NCBI GenBank assembly: GCA_037925075.1
Contig: JAXSNR010000001.1
Span: 768,001 to 832,000 of the forward strand
Reading direction: 5' to 3'
Source of the DNA: Aquificaceae bacterium
Lineage (GTDB): Bacteria > Aquificota > Aquificia > Aquificales > Aquificaceae
DNA length: 64,000 bases
Part shown: positions 52,972 to 63,656 of the stretch, piece after piece
How the letters are laid out: each line of letters begins with the position of its first letter
How positions within the stretch are numbered: position 1 is the first letter of the stretch
Notes under the pieces: generated by a model
The model's input: only the letters and a program-made list of their open reading frames with translations
What the model was told of the DNA's origin: nothing
Databases searched by the model: none
Position numbers and translations under genes: made by a program

Positions 52972-53045
52972 GGGTACTTATTGTAATAATTTTCTTGCTT
53001 TACCTTTGGCATAGGGGCAAAAGAAACTCGTGCTGTGGCTATTGA
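52959..53045 (+). CDS. FeoB-associated Cys-rich small membrane protein (28 aa)
   Basis: MEYLGVLIVIIFLLYLWHRGKRNSCCGY; SD AGGAGG at 52947-52 inside the feoB end. Confidence 0.7.
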   Translation: MEYLGVLIVIIFLLYLWHRGKRNSCCGY

Positions 53046-53066
53046 TTAGAGATTATAATTTTAACC

Positions 53067-55868
53067 ATGGTGGAATGGCTTGTTAAAAAGCTTCTTGGTA
53101 CAAAAAGCGAGAGAGAGGTAAAGAGGCTAAAGAAGGTAGTTCAGAGGATAACTCAAAAGGAAAAGGAGCTGGACCTACTTTCAAACAAGGAAATAAGGCT
53201 TATGGCTCAAGAGCTTCGGCAGAAAATTCTACAAGATGAAGAACTTAAACAAAAGATTATTCAAGGTAAGATAACGGAGGAGGTGGAGCTTGCCTTTGCC
53301 CTTGTGAGAGAAGCGGGTAAAAGGACTTTGGGGCTTAGGTTTTTTGATGTCCAGCTCATAGGTGGGCTTGTGCTTCATGAAGGTAAGATCGCAGAGATGA
53401 AAACGGGCGAGGGTAAAACCCTTGTGGCTACCTCCGCGGTGGTAATAAACGCTATGACCGATGAAGGTGTTCATGTGGTCACCGTCAATGACTACCTTGC
53501 AAGGAGGGATGCCCAATGGATGGGCCCCATATACCTTTTGTTAGGTCTTGATGTGGGTGTTATAAACTCTGACTATAGCACCTACAAAGTGGAATGGGCA
53601 GACACAGAGCTTGCGGAAAGGGCAATAGAGGAAGACTGGAGGGTGTGGCCACAGGGCTACTTTGAGGAAACCCTTCCTTCAGACCTTATAAAGGTGCAGG
53701 CAAAGAAGGCCTTTTATGCCAGGCTTACACCTTGCGGTAGAAGACAGGCTTACGAATGTAGTATAACATACGGCACCAACAACGAGTTTGGTTTTGACTA
53801 TCTGAGGGACAACATGGCTTTTTCCCTTGAGGAAATAGTGCAGGTAAAGGGGCATAACTTTGCCATAGTGGACGAAGTGGACTCCATACTCATAGACGAG
53901 GCAAGGACCCCCCTTATCATCTCAGGTGTTGCGGAAATGGACACTTCTGTCTACTACAAGGCGGATGAGGTGGTAAGAAGGCTTGTAAAGGACGAGGATT
54001 TTACCGTTGATGAGAAAAACAGAACTGTCCAGCTTACAGAACAGGGCATAAAAAGGATAGAAGAGTTAGCAAACATAGAAAACCTATACGACATAAGGCA
54101 CATAGACCTTCTCCATGCCATAAATCAAGCCCTTAGAGCCCACACCCTTTTTAAAAGGGATGTGCATTACATAGTGAGAGATAATGAAGTCCTGATAGTG
54201 GATGAGTTTACTGGTCGCGTGCTTCCCGGTAGGCGGTGGAGCGATGGGCTTCATCAGGCAATAGAGGTCAAAGAGGGCGTTCCCATACAGAAAGAAAACC
54301 AGACCCTTGCCACCATAACCTTTCAGAACTACTTCAAGCTTTACAGAAAACTCTCAGGTATGACGGGCACCGCAGAAACGGAAGCCCTTGAGTTTAAGGA
54401 GATATACGGTCTTGAGGTGGTTGTAGTCCCAACCCACAGGCCCATGAGAAGAAAAGACCATCCGGATATGGTATACAAGACGAAGAAAGAAAAGTGGCAT
54501 GCGGTGGTAGAGGTCATCAAAAGGGAGCATTCAAGGGGCAGACCCATCCTTGTGGGAACCGTTTCCATAGAGGATTCTGAGCATCTTTCAAGGCTTTTGC
54601 AAAAGGAAGGGATCCCTCACAATGTTTTAAACGCCAAGCAACACGAAAGGGAGGCTGAGATCATAGCTCAGGCGGGTAGGTTGGGTGCGGTCACCATATC
54701 CACCAACATGGCAGGAAGAGGAACGGACATCTTACTTGGTGGAAACCCAGAATACCTTGCAAGGGAAATGCTAAAGTCTAAGGGCAGAGCTGTAGAAGAG
54801 GCAACAGAAGAGGAGTGGAAAGAAGCCTTAGAAAAGGCGTACAGGATAACGGAAGAAGAAAAGAAAAAGGTGGTGGAGCTTGGGGGGCTACTCGTTATAG
54901 GTACGGAAAGGCATGAATCAAGGCGGATAGACAACCAGCTAAGGGGTAGAGCGGGAAGGCAGGGAGACCCTGGAGAGTCTCGCTTCGTCCTTTCTCTTGA
55001 GGATGACCTTATGAGGATATTTGGTGGTGATAGGGTAAAGAAGCTTATGGAAATACTCAAGATTCCAGAAGGAGAGCCTATAGAAAGTGGTATGGTTACA
55101 AAGGCAATACAAAATGCCCAGAAGAGGGTGGAAGCCCAGAACTTCCAGATAAGGAAAAGGCTCCTTGAGTACGACATGGTGATGAACACCCAAAGGCTCA
55201 CCGTATATTCCATAAGGAGAGACCTCCTTGAGTCCAAGGGGCTTGAGGAATACTTGCAAGAGTTTGTACATGACCTTATGGAGCAAAAGGTAGGAGAGCT
55301 TATAGAGGGAGAAGAGCCGGAGCTTTGGGACCTTGAACCTTTGAGGAACTACCTAAGGGAGACAACAGGTCAAGATATGGAAATTCCTCCCGCGAGGGAT
55401 AGAGAAGAACTGATAAACCTTCTTTCGGAGAAGCTCTACGAGCTAACCATAAAAAGAAGGGAAGAGATAGGAGAGAAAATTTTCTCAGAGCTTCTGAAGA
55501 TAGTTATGCTTTCAAACCTTGACCACCTTTGGAGAGAGCACCTTCATACCATGGACAGGCTCAGAGAAAGCATATACCTAAGGGGCTACGCCTCAAAGGA
55601 CCCTCTTGTGGAATACAAAAAAGAGGCCTTTTACCTCTTTGAGGACATGCTTTCAATGTTTAGAGAAAGGACCATATGGGACCTCCTGCACATGCAGGTA
55701 AGGACTCAGGAAGAGGTGGAAGAGGAGCTCAAAAGGGAAGAGCAAGAAAGGGACAAGCTTCTAAGTATGGCGGTCTTTAGTGGTGTGGAAGGTAAGGCAG
55801 ACCAAGGTCAAAAGGGCCCTAAGAGGAAGACTCTAAAGGAGCGTCTTCAGGCAAAGAGGAAGAGATAG
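53067..55868 (+). CDS. secA: Preprotein translocase ATPase SecA
   Basis: MKTGEGKT, VNDYLARRD, DEVDSILIDEARTPL, STNMAGRGTDI, QLRGRAGRQGDPG. Confidence 0.98.
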   Translation: MVEWLVKKLLGTKSEREVKRLKKVVQRITQKEKELDLLSNKEIRLMAQELRQKILQDEELKQKIIQGKITEEVELAFALVREAGKRTLGLRFFDVQLIGGLVLHEGKIAEMKTGEGKTLVATSAVVINAMTDEGVHVVTVNDYLARRDAQWMGPIYLLLGLDVGVINSDYSTYKVEWADTELAERAIEEDWRVWPQGYFEETLPSDLIKVQAKKAFYARLTPCGRRQAYECSITYGTNNEFGFDYLRDNMAFSLEEIVQVKGHNFAIVDEVDSILIDEARTPLIISGVAEMDTSVYYKADEVVRRLVKDEDFTVDEKNRTVQLTEQGIKRIEELANIENLYDIRHIDLLHAINQALRAHTLFKRDVHYIVRDNEVLIVDEFTGRVLPGRRWSDGLHQAIEVKEGVPIQKENQTLATITFQNYFKLYRKLSGMTGTAETEALEFKEIYGLEVVVVPTHRPMRRKDHPDMVYKTKKEKWHAVVEVIKREHSRGRPILVGTVSIEDSEHLSRLLQKEGIPHNVLNAKQHEREAEIIAQAGRLGAVTISTNMAGRGTDILLGGNPEYLAREMLKSKGRAVEEATEEEWKEALEKAYRITEEEKKKVVELGGLLVIGTERHESRRIDNQLRGRAGRQGDPGESRFVLSLEDDLMRIFGGDRVKKLMEILKIPEGEPIESGMVTKAIQNAQKRVEAQNFQIRKRLLEYDMVMNTQRLTVYSIRRDLLESKGLEEYLQEFVHDLMEQKVGELIEGEEPELWDLEPLRNYLRETTGQDMEIPPARDREELINLLSEKLYELTIKRREEIGEKIFSELLKIVMLSNLDHLWREHLHTMDRLRESIYLRGYASKDPLVEYKKEAFYLFEDMLSMFRERTIWDLLHMQVRTQEEVEEELKREEQERDKLLSMAVFSGVEGKADQGQKGPKRKTLKERLQAKRKR

Positions 55869-56481
55869 GGCTTAGCTCCAAGTAGGCTTTGAGTATTTCT
55901 TTGAAGGGTATATTACCTTCTCTTATTAGCCTGATACCCTTAGGGTAGAGTGCCCTGACTATGGTTGAGGGCTTGCCCTCTCTCGTACCACCATCCACAT
56001 AAAGGTCAACGCTGTCTCCAAAATAGTCCATTGCCTCTTCTATAGTGGTCGCAGGCTTTTGACCCTCTGGGTTCGCACTGGGTGCCACCAAGGGTGACCT
56101 TAAAAGCACAAAAAGCTCGTAAACATGGCTGTTAAAGTAGGGTATCCTCACCGCAAGGCTCTTCCTTCCGCGCGTGAGGTAAAGGGGTAAGGTGTTTTTC
56201 TTATAGAAGACAAAGGTGGCACTAAACCTCAGCATAAGGCTCTTGTGAATATAGCTAGCCATAAGGCCAAGGTCCTCAAGCCAGTAGACATCATTTACGA
56301 GAAGAAGAAAGGGCCTACCAGAGGGTCTTCTTATGGAATAGAGCCTTTCTACCGCCTTCCTATCAAAAGCCAAGGCCAAAAGCCCGTATATGGTATCTGT
56401 AGGGAAGCATACTATCTTGCCCTTTTCGAGAGCTTTCACCACCTCAATGAGGTTGATCCTCGTAAGCTCTATAACCTTCAA
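55819..56481 (-). CDS. tsaC: L-threonylcarbamoyladenylate synthase (TsaC/YrdC type)
   Basis: [34 protein letters not shown] 56481 overlapping thrC stop. Confidence 0.88.
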   Translation of the reverse strand: MKVIELTRINLIEVVKALEKGKIVCFPTDTIYGLLALAFDRKAVERLYSIRRPSGRPFLLLVNDVYWLEDLGLMASYIHKSLMLRFSATFVFYKKNTLPLYLTRGRKSLAVRIPYFNSHVYELFVLLRSPLVAPSANPEGQKPATTIEEAMDYFGDSVDLYVDGGTREGKPSTIVRALYPKGIRLIREGNIPFKEILKAYLELSPISSSLPEDAPLESSS

Positions 56482-57536
56482 AGTTCTATTACTTCCATAA
56501 CCCTTTCCACATCTGGTGGTAGTGTTATGGGCTGTTCGCAAACCTTCATGGCAGTGTCCGGGTCCTTTAGCCCGTTTCCCGTAAGGGTGCATACCACCGT
56601 CTCGCCACCTTTGAAAAAGCCTTCTCTTGTAAGCTTTATAAGCCCTGCAATGGACGCTGCGGAGGCAGGCTCGCAAAATACACCCTCGGTGGAGGCGACC
56701 AGTTTATAAGCATAGAGTATCTCCTCGTCGCTTACCGCGTCTATAAGCCCACCAGACTCGTGCATTGCTTGAAGTGCGGACTGCCAGCTGTATGGGTTCC
56801 CTATCCTTATGGCGGTGGCTATGGTCTGGGGGTTTCTTATAGGGTAGCCCTTCACTATGGGAGCTGAGCCCTCAGCCTGCCAGCCCATCATCTTGGGAAG
56901 ATTACTCACCTTGCCCGCCCTGTGGTATTCCTTGTACCCCTTCCAGTAGGCGGTTATGTTTCCTGCGTTGCCCACGGGTATAAAGTGGTAGTCTGGAGCC
57001 CTGCCAAGGGCATCACAAACCTCAAAGGCACCGGTTTTTTGTCCTTCTATCCTATAAGGGTTCACAGAATTAACGATCTCAACGGGCAAAAGCTCGCCTA
57101 TTTTTCTCACAATGTAAAGGGCATCATCAAAGTTGCCTTGAATGGCTACTACTCTGGCACCGTATATGACAGCCTGAGAGAGCTTGCCAAGAGCCACCGC
57201 TCCCTTTGGAAGCAAAACAAAAGCTTTTAGGCCAGCCTTTGCCGCATAGGCGGCTGCGGAAGCAGAGGTGTTGCCGGTGGAGGCACATATTACAGCCTTC
57301 TTGCCTGCCTCTACCGCCTTAGAAATAGCCACCGTCATCCCTCTGTCTTTAAAAGAGCCTGTAGGGTTAAGCCCCTCATACTTGAGAAACACATCCCCCT
57401 TAAACCCTATTGCCTTGGCAAGATTTTCTGCGTAGATCAGTGGAGTGTTTCCCTCACAGAGGGTTATTACAGGGGTGTTCTCATCTACGGGAAGAAACTC
57501 CTTGTACTTGTTTATTATACCTCGCCAGTAGCTCAT
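56478..57536 (-). CDS. thrC: Threonine synthase
   Basis: [50 protein letters not shown] 57536. Confidence 0.96.
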   Translation of the reverse strand: MSYWRGIINKYKEFLPVDENTPVITLCEGNTPLIYAENLAKAIGFKGDVFLKYEGLNPTGSFKDRGMTVAISKAVEAGKKAVICASTGNTSASAAAYAAKAGLKAFVLLPKGAVALGKLSQAVIYGARVVAIQGNFDDALYIVRKIGELLPVEIVNSVNPYRIEGQKTGAFEVCDALGRAPDYHFIPVGNAGNITAYWKGYKEYHRAGKVSNLPKMMGWQAEGSAPIVKGYPIRNPQTIATAIRIGNPYSWQSALQAMHESGGLIDAVSDEEILYAYKLVASTEGVFCEPASAASIAGLIKLTREGFFKGGETVVCTLTGNGLKDPDTAMKVCEQPITLPPDVERVMEVIEL

Positions 57537-57571
57537 AACTCCGAGGGAAATATTATAATTTAATACTCGCA

Positions 57572-57654
<83 letters not shown>

Positions 57655-57663
57655 TAACTTGCC

Positions 57664-58197
57664 ATGATACTGAGCGATAGAAGTATAAAGGAGCTGATCA
57701 GAAAAGGTAGGCTTGTGATAGAGCCTTATGTGGAAGAAAATGTACAGGCCTCCTCGGTGGACCTGACCTTAGGAGGTGAGCTTCTCTTCTACAGGTCTGA
57801 GTGTATAGACCTAAAAAGCCACCACGTACCAGTGGAGAGACTAACCATCCCTGAGGAAGGCTTTCTTATACCCCCAAAGGCTTTTCTTTTGGCAACCACG
57901 GAGGAATACATAAAACTTCCAGAAGATATTACCGCCTTTGTGGAGGGTAGGTCCTCCTTGGGAAGGCTTGGGCTTTTTATAGAGAACGCAGGATGGGTGG
58001 ATGCGGGCTTTGAAGGACAGATAACACTTGAGCTTTACAACGCCAACAACTGCCCCATACGCATATACAAAGGCGTCCGAATATGCCAGATAGTTCTGGC
58101 AAGGCTTGATGGGAAAGCAGAAAAGCCTTACAGGGGTAAATATCAGGGGCAGAGGGGGGCTACGCCTTCAAGGGTTTACATGGATTTTTATTCATAG
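57664..58197 (+). CDS. dcd: dCTP deaminase
   Basis: [44 protein letters not shown]. Confidence 0.95.
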   Translation: MILSDRSIKELIRKGRLVIEPYVEENVQASSVDLTLGGELLFYRSECIDLKSHHVPVERLTIPEEGFLIPPKAFLLATTEEYIKLPEDITAFVEGRSSLGRLGLFIENAGWVDAGFEGQITLELYNANNCPIRIYKGVRICQIVLARLDGKAEKPYRGKYQGQRGATPSRVYMDFYS

Positions 58198-58565
58198 AGC
58201 AGGTCAATGGGCTTCCTGCCAGCAAAGCCCTCATCAAGCTCGTGCCAGTACATGAGCGTATCTTCGTCCTCCTTCCAGCAAAGCCATATGTAGCGGTTCT
58301 GATGAAAGGATAAAAAGTCCACAAGGATTGGGTCTATTCCCTTGATAACACCACCCAGAGCCTCTATCTTCTGAAAGAGCCTTCTTATCTCTATGTCAAG
58401 GTCTTTTATATGGCTCTGAAGATAGAGCCTTTCAAGCTCATCATCCTCTTCTTCAAGCCTTGTGAGGCAAGAGTGTAGCTCTTCCCTTTTTGTGTTTATT
58501 TCTTCGACTATTGGCTTTATGACTGCTATAAGGTCCCTTGCGGTGTCTATATCAAAGACCTTCAT
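58188..58565 (-). CDS. DUF2203 family protein
   Basis: LVDF...WLCWKEDE...YWHELDEGFAGRKPI; ATG 58565. Confidence 0.8.
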   Translation of the reverse strand: MKVFDIDTARDLIAVIKPIVEEINTKREELHSCLTRLEEEDDELERLYLQSHIKDLDIEIRRLFQKIEALGGVIKGIDPILVDFLSFHQNRYIWLCWKEDEDTLMYWHELDEGFAGRKPIDLLYE

Positions 58566-58576
58566 GCTTGATAAAT

Positions 58577-59587
58577 TTAGTGTAAAAAGACGGTTGAGCA
58601 ACAGTTAGGTGATACAACAGGGTTCAGTCCAAGGCTTTTTGCGTAGGTGAAAATACCTTCTGCAGGAAAGGTTATACCGTTCACGCCAGCATAAAGAGAA
58701 TACAGGTCAAACTTTATCCTCTCTGGTCCAGCAGGTCTTGCACAGCCTATTACCACCGGCCTTTTGGGCAGGGCTTTTCTTGCGTGCAAAACAACCATGG
58801 CGCTTTCTTCGGGCTTTGGTGGAGGCAAAAGCTGAAAGCGGGCCTTGCCATAATAGGGCATAACCACCACCATAACGAGGGCGGACGGGTCAAACTGTGC
58901 GACCATGTCTATAGCTCTGTATTCACCCCTTATCTGCCCGTAGTGTAAGCCTATTATCACATGTGGAACTATGTTATGTCCAGCTTCCTTTAAAAGCCTT
59001 AAAGACTCTTCGTAATCTTTAGTGCTTTTGTGGGGTAGTTTGTAAACCTCCGCTATGGTCTGGTCATCACCTATTACATCAAGAAGGACCGCATCCACTT
59101 GAGCTTCTTTAAGACCTTCCGCAAGAGCTACATCCACCAAGCCCACGTGACAGCTTACAAACATGCCCAGCTCTTCCTTTATCCTTCTCATAGTCCTTAG
59201 AAAAGGATAAAGCTCCACAACACCGTCCTTGTTGGAACCTCCCGATATTAGAAGCCCATCCACACCCTTTTCTTTTAGCTCCTGAGCGACCTTCCAAAGC
59301 TCCTCGGGAGTTGTGGCAGGTATCATATGCCATAGTATCTTTGAGGCACAGTGATCACACATAAGCTCGCAGTTTTTCCCAGTTATGGATATATCCACAA
59401 ACTTTGGACCAGTTTTTATGGAAAAGTCCTCCACCTCGTAGTGCTTAAAGCCGGGACTGTGAAAAAGTATATCCCTCCCAAAGTTTTCAAGTCTTATCTG
59501 AAAACCTTCAGAAAGCTCCTCAAGAAGGCACTTGTCTAATTCTATATCTTCGAGGGAGGGATGGGTTAGCCCATCCCTCAAGCTCAT
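58577..59587 (-). CDS. lipS1: Radical SAM lipoyl synthase subunit LipS1-like
   Basis: CELMCDHC, IGCARP and C-terminal CC motifs; TAATG coupling to lbpA. Confidence 0.75.
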   Translation of the reverse strand: MSLRDGLTHPSLEDIELDKCLLEELSEGFQIRLENFGRDILFHSPGFKHYEVEDFSIKTGPKFVDISITGKNCELMCDHCASKILWHMIPATTPEELWKVAQELKEKGVDGLLISGGSNKDGVVELYPFLRTMRRIKEELGMFVSCHVGLVDVALAEGLKEAQVDAVLLDVIGDDQTIAEVYKLPHKSTKDYEESLRLLKEAGHNIVPHVIIGLHYGQIRGEYRAIDMVAQFDPSALVMVVVMPYYGKARFQLLPPPKPEESAMVVLHARKALPKRPVVIGCARPAGPERIKFDLYSLYAGVNGITFPAEGIFTYAKSLGLNPVVSPNCCSTVFLH

Positions 59588-60033
59588 TATCCGCACTTTA
59601 TGCCCTTTTCGTTTATGACCTTTGTGAGGGCATCCACTGCAGCCTGACCCTTTAAAAGGTTATTTACTTCCTCAGGGTTAGTGGGCTTTATTTTTGCTAT
59701 CCAGCCTGCACCGTAAGGGTCATCGTTTGCCAAAGCGGGGTTGCCCTTAAGGGCTTCGTTTATCTCCACTACCTCTCCTGTCAGAGGTGTGGGAACCGGT
59801 CCGACCCACTTACCGCTTTCGATGGTGGCGATGCTCTTACGCCTTTCTATAACCTTTCCAGCTTTTTTTGGGGTGTAGGCTACCAGCCTTCCTGCCATAG
59901 CGGCAGCCACGGAGGTTAAACCAACGGTGTATGTGCCATCACCGTTGTCCTTTGCCCAGGTGAAGGCGTTTGCCTCTGGGTCCACATCGTACAAAAGGTC
60001 TTCTGGTATGTTGCAACCGTTGACTGTTGCCAT
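59587..60033 (-). CDS. lbpA: Lipoate-binding protein LbpA (GcvH-like)
   Basis: IESGKWVG lipoyl-Lys, NDDPYGAGW, N- and C-terminal Cys; sHdr context. Confidence 0.85.
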   Translation of the reverse strand: MATVNGCNIPEDLLYDVDPEANAFTWAKDNGDGTYTVGLTSVAAAMAGRLVAYTPKKAGKVIERRKSIATIESGKWVGPVPTPLTGEVVEINEALKGNPALANDDPYGAGWIAKIKPTNPEEVNNLLKGQAAVDALTKVINEKGIKCG

Positions 60034-60057
60034 GCTTTACCCTCCTTTATAGAAATT

Positions 60058-60447
60058 TTAAAAGGTTAGCACCTTATCAGCTTCCATAGCCCTGAGAGCA
60101 AACTCACTGGCGGGAACGATCCCATCCAGCTCTGGTATAAGGTCTTCGGGCTTATAGCCCAAGGAGTCTATGGCCTGCTTACAGGAATAAAACTTTACTC
60201 CAGCCTGCTTGGCATCCTTCATAAAGTCATAAACCGTTTTTAGCTTTTTGCCGTTGGGAGAAAGACAGTTGGGCTCCGCGGGTATGATTCTTTCCGCCAC
60301 GCCCCTTTTCAATAGCTTTGTGCCGTCCATGTTAAAAAACATCTCCACCTCCGCCTCGTTGGCGGACATTAGGGCTGCAATATAAAAGGGTGAGGCACAT
60401 CTCCATGGAGTTTTTGGACCGCTGGTCATAAGTATGACCACCTTCAT
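60058..60447 (-). CDS. DsrE-family sulfurtransferase
   Basis: TSGP..PWRCASPF, FFNMDG, AGVKFYSC, ADKVLTF. Confidence 0.8.
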   Translation of the reverse strand: MKVVILMTSGPKTPWRCASPFYIAALMSANEAEVEMFFNMDGTKLLKRGVAERIIPAEPNCLSPNGKKLKTVYDFMKDAKQAGVKFYSCKQAIDSLGYKPEDLIPELDGIVPASEFALRAMEADKVLTF

Positions 60448-60704
60448 GACTCTATTGCCCTTCTGGCTTCCGCTTCATCGGGAACACCCACAAAGACCAG
60501 CGTCCCGTCAATTATGGTGGAGGGTACAGACCTTACTATGAGCTTTTTTGCCCACATCCTACCCTCCGGCTGAGCCACATCAAGCACATCATACTTAAAG
60601 CCGTACTCGGATTGCAATTTTCTCCAAAGGGCATCCGCATCTGGACAGGTCGCACACCACTGAGAAACAAGCAAAATAACATGCTTGTCCTTCGCTGCCA
60701 TCAT
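60444..60704 (-). CDS. Thioredoxin/glutaredoxin-like protein
   Basis: WCATC motif, RSVPSTIIDG cis-Pro loop; ATGA coupling. Confidence 0.8.
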   Translation of the reverse strand: MMAAKDKHVILLVSQWCATCPDADALWRKLQSEYGFKYDVLDVAQPEGRMWAKKLIVRSVPSTIIDGTLVFVGVPDEAEARRAIES

Positions 60705-61180
60705 GTACACCTCATACAAATTATATCCCATTCATCAATATACTTTCTCATCTCCTCTATGGCTTCCTTGCCATAGAGCAGGTCCTTTATATCCCTCTGA
60801 AGGTCAAAGGGCTTCATCTTAACTATCCAACCCTCTCCATAGGGGTCGTAGTTTATTATATCAGGCTGTTCAAGTACCTTCTCGTTCCTATCAACCACTT
60901 CACCTTCTACCAGAGCGTTTATAGGACCAGCCCACTTTCCACTTTCTAAGGATGCAACAGGTTTTCCCTTTTGCACCACCTTTCCCACGTCTTTTATTCG
61001 GGCGTGCAGGAGCCTTCCAGCCCTCACTTGTCCCACATCTGTAAGACCCATGGTGACGGTGCCATCTTCATTTAACTTTACCCAAGTCTGGGTCTCTATC
61101 TCATAATAAAGGTCAAGAGGTACAACGCATCCGTTGTATTCCCATTCGTTCTTGCTTTCCAGCCCCTGCACCATACCCAT
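60701..61180 (-). CDS. lbpA: Lipoate-binding protein LbpA (second paralog)
   Basis: LESGKWAG, NYDPYGEGW, YNGC N-terminal Cys, C-terminal CMRC. Confidence 0.85.
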   Translation of the reverse strand: MGMVQGLESKNEWEYNGCVVPLDLYYEIETQTWVKLNEDGTVTMGLTDVGQVRAGRLLHARIKDVGKVVQKGKPVASLESGKWAGPINALVEGEVVDRNEKVLEQPDIINYDPYGEGWIVKMKPFDLQRDIKDLLYGKEAIEEMRKYIDEWDIICMRCT

Positions 61181-61189
61181 AGCTTACTC

Positions 61190-62149
61190 CTATGCAAGCC
61201 CAAGTCTTTTGAGCACTGGTAGTGGGTCTGAGAGATTGTCCTTTAGCTTTACATCGCTTGCACTGTAGCCAAAGGCAAGCCCAAGAAGCTGTGTAAAGTA
61301 TGCGGCGGGCACATCCACATCGGGGACACCCTTCATCATAAGCCTATGGCGGTACATCTCAAGGGAGGCATGACAAAGGGGGCACTCTGTGGCTATTATG
61401 TCTGCACCGTTTCTCTTTGCGGTTTGTAGTATCATCATCACAAACTTTTCGGAAACCATCTCATCGGAGAGGGAGTGGGGTCCTCCACAGCACTGGGTAT
61501 GCATGGGCTCAAACTCCACGCTTGTGGCACCCGCAGCCTCAAGAAGAACGTTCATGTAATAGGGATGTTCATCGTCATCGGCGGTTTCCCTTCTTCTTGG
61601 TCTTGCCTCCTCATCCTGACCACCCGCGTGGGCGTAGGTTCTTGCATAAAAGTGGGGTCTTGTGTAAAGGCATCCGTAGTAGTTGGCAACCTTGAGACCC
61701 CTGAGGGGCTTTCTGGTTTTTTCCTTTACCTTTTGGGGACCGCCCTCGTGGTAGAACCATTCCAGTATATGGTAGGTATGGGGTATTTGGTCAAGGGGTT
61801 CTAAGCCACCCTCTCTCAAAAGGGCATTGACCTTTTCATAGACAGCCCTGTCTGTCTCGAGGAAGTATTCCGCCCTTTGAAGAGAAAAAGAACATCCGTT
61901 GCAAGGTGCCACAATGACGCTATGCCCTTGCTTTCTGGCAAGGAACATGTTTCTGGCGTTTAGAAGCATGGTGCCCATAAAGGTCACGTTCTTGGATTCC
62001 ATGGCACCACAGCAGTTGTAATCCTCAAGATAATCCAACTCAAGCCCAAGCTCCTTTGCCACTATCCTTGTGGAAACATCATAAGACCTTGCTGCACCTT
62101 CAAGGGAACAGCCCGGATAATATGCAACCCTTTTTCCTATCACACCCAT
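61190..62149 (-). CDS. hdrB2: sHdr complex subunit HdrB2 (CCG-domain)
   Basis: YYPGCS, NCCG, CNGC, YYGCLY, QCCG, CPLC. Confidence 0.88.
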   Translation of the reverse strand: MGVIGKRVAYYPGCSLEGAARSYDVSTRIVAKELGLELDYLEDYNCCGAMESKNVTFMGTMLLNARNMFLARKQGHSVIVAPCNGCSFSLQRAEYFLETDRAVYEKVNALLREGGLEPLDQIPHTYHILEWFYHEGGPQKVKEKTRKPLRGLKVANYYGCLYTRPHFYARTYAHAGGQDEEARPRRRETADDDEHPYYMNVLLEAAGATSVEFEPMHTQCCGGPHSLSDEMVSEKFVMMILQTAKRNGADIIATECPLCHASLEMYRHRLMMKGVPDVDVPAAYFTQLLGLAFGYSASDVKLKDNLSDPLPVLKRLGLA

Positions 62150-62160
62150 GTTAAACCTCC

Positions 62161-62919
62161 TTAATGTAATGCTCCTTCTTCTTGCATAACCTTACGCAGG
62201 ACCTGCTTAAACTTGTTCCAGTTTTTCGTTTTCGGATGGAAAAGCATATGCTTTGCGTTTAAGATAAGGAAGCCTATGTTCATAGACTTTATGGGCTTTA
62301 CCGTTAACTGCTTTAGCCACTCGGGAGTTTCTCCTATGAAGGGTATGGGCTTTTTAAGTATGGGGTCTTTGAAGACCTTATAACCCTGCTTTTCTATCCA
62401 TCCAAAGAGAAGCTCTCCGTCCTCTATCCTTCCGTACTCAAGCACCGATTCTGTAAAGAACTTGTCAAACTTTTTAGAAGGATACTCCTCAATAAGACCC
62501 TTCTTTGCCATCGTTCTGAGGATAGCCTTTAGGACCTCTTCCACAAGCACGCCCTTTGGACATCTGTGGGTGCACTTGTGGCAGGAAACGCATCTCCACA
62601 TTACATCCGCACGTTTTTGAAGTTCATCTATCATACCGAGCCTTGCAAGATATATAAAGTGCCTTGGGTTGTATCTTTCGTCCCAGTAGTTGTGCACCGG
62701 GCACGATGCGGTGCAGTAGGAGCATTGATAGCACTGGTTTATAGTCTTGCCATCGGGTGAGTTTATGACCTCTTTGGCAAAGTCAAGGTCATAGTCCTGT
62801 ATGACTCTGGGTAGGATTATAAGGTTCCAGTCCCCAGAGACATCAATACCGTCAATAACAAGCCTTTCCTTTCTTAGAACTCTTTCGGGCTCTACAAGGC
62901 TACGTTCATGTATTGCCAT
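62161..62919 (-). CDS. hdrC2: sHdr complex subunit HdrC2 (2x[4Fe-4S])
   Basis: CYQCSYCTASCP and CVSCHKCTHRCP. Confidence 0.88.
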   Translation of the reverse strand: MAIHERSLVEPERVLRKERLVIDGIDVSGDWNLIILPRVIQDYDLDFAKEVINSPDGKTINQCYQCSYCTASCPVHNYWDERYNPRHFIYLARLGMIDELQKRADVMWRCVSCHKCTHRCPKGVLVEEVLKAILRTMAKKGLIEEYPSKKFDKFFTESVLEYGRIEDGELLFGWIEKQGYKVFKDPILKKPIPFIGETPEWLKQLTVKPIKSMNIGFLILNAKHMLFHPKTKNWNKFKQVLRKVMQEEGALH

Positions 62920-62921
62920 GG

Positions 62922-63656
62922 TTATACCTCCAAAAGGTCTTCGTTTCTTACAACGCCAAGGAGCCTTCTTGCCATAACACCCGCGGGCGGGAAAAAGCCC
63001 TTGGCACTGTGCATGGTGGACAGGGTCATGTAATCCACATAAGTTGCGTATATCATGGCAAGGAATATATCCACAAAGAGGTACCCTTTTACCTTTATAC
63101 CAAAATCAAGAAGCTTTTCCTGAACCTGTTTGTATATCTGCTCAAATTCTTCGTAGGTTTCACCGTACATGCTCTTCTTTGGTGGCTCTTCCTTCAGAAA
63201 GACCACAGCTCCGCTTTCGCTTTCTGGGTCCCATATCCAGCTTGTCCAAAGCACATATTGCTCCGGAAAGGTAAAGTGAAGTATCTCGCTTGCCATATCC
63301 CTTGCAAACTTCCTGTCCACACCCCTTATCTCCTTTACAAACCCCTCTACCCTCTCTTCCCAGCTTTGGGCTTTCCCGTACAAAAGGTCGCTTATGGCTC
63401 TCTTGAGCCTGTCTACACCCGTTTCTTGGATGATCTTCTTTTTCCTTCTTCTTGAAGGAAACATCTTCTCAAGAACAAGCTCAAGGTCTTCTTCCGTCAG
63501 AGAGGGTAGCTTTTCCTTTGAAAAGGCCTGTTGGAAAAGGAGAGACTTGGCGAGGAGGTCTTTGTAAAAGTCTTGCACAAACTCCTCGCCTTCTCCGAGG
63601 ATCTTTATCAGGTAATCCCTAACCAGAAAGTCATCAAGAGCAACGGGTTTTTTCAT
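62922..63656 (-). CDS. sHdr cluster conserved hypothetical protein (Hyp/sHdrH)
   Basis: Located between hdrA and hdrC2 as in hdrC1B1A-hyp-C2B2 clusters; ASEILHF, WIWD motifs. Confidence 0.7.
   Translation of the reverse strand: MKKPVALDDFLVRDYLIKILGEGEEFVQDFYKDLLAKSLLFQQAFSKEKLPSLTEEDLELVLEKMFPSRRRKKKIIQETGVDRLKRAISDLLYGKAQSWEERVEGFVKEIRGVDRKFARDMASEILHFTFPEQYVLWTSWIWDPESESGAVVFLKEEPPKKSMYGETYEEFEQIYKQVQEKLLDFGIKVKGYLFVDIFLAMIYATYVDYMTLSTMHSAKGFFPPAGVMARRLLGVVRNEDLLEV

Noticed and set aside
59587..61180. Calling the two GcvH-like genes gcvH (partners of gcvPB)
   Set aside because: The ESGKW motif, terminal cysteines and sHdr context indicate LbpA rather than glycine cleavage H protein
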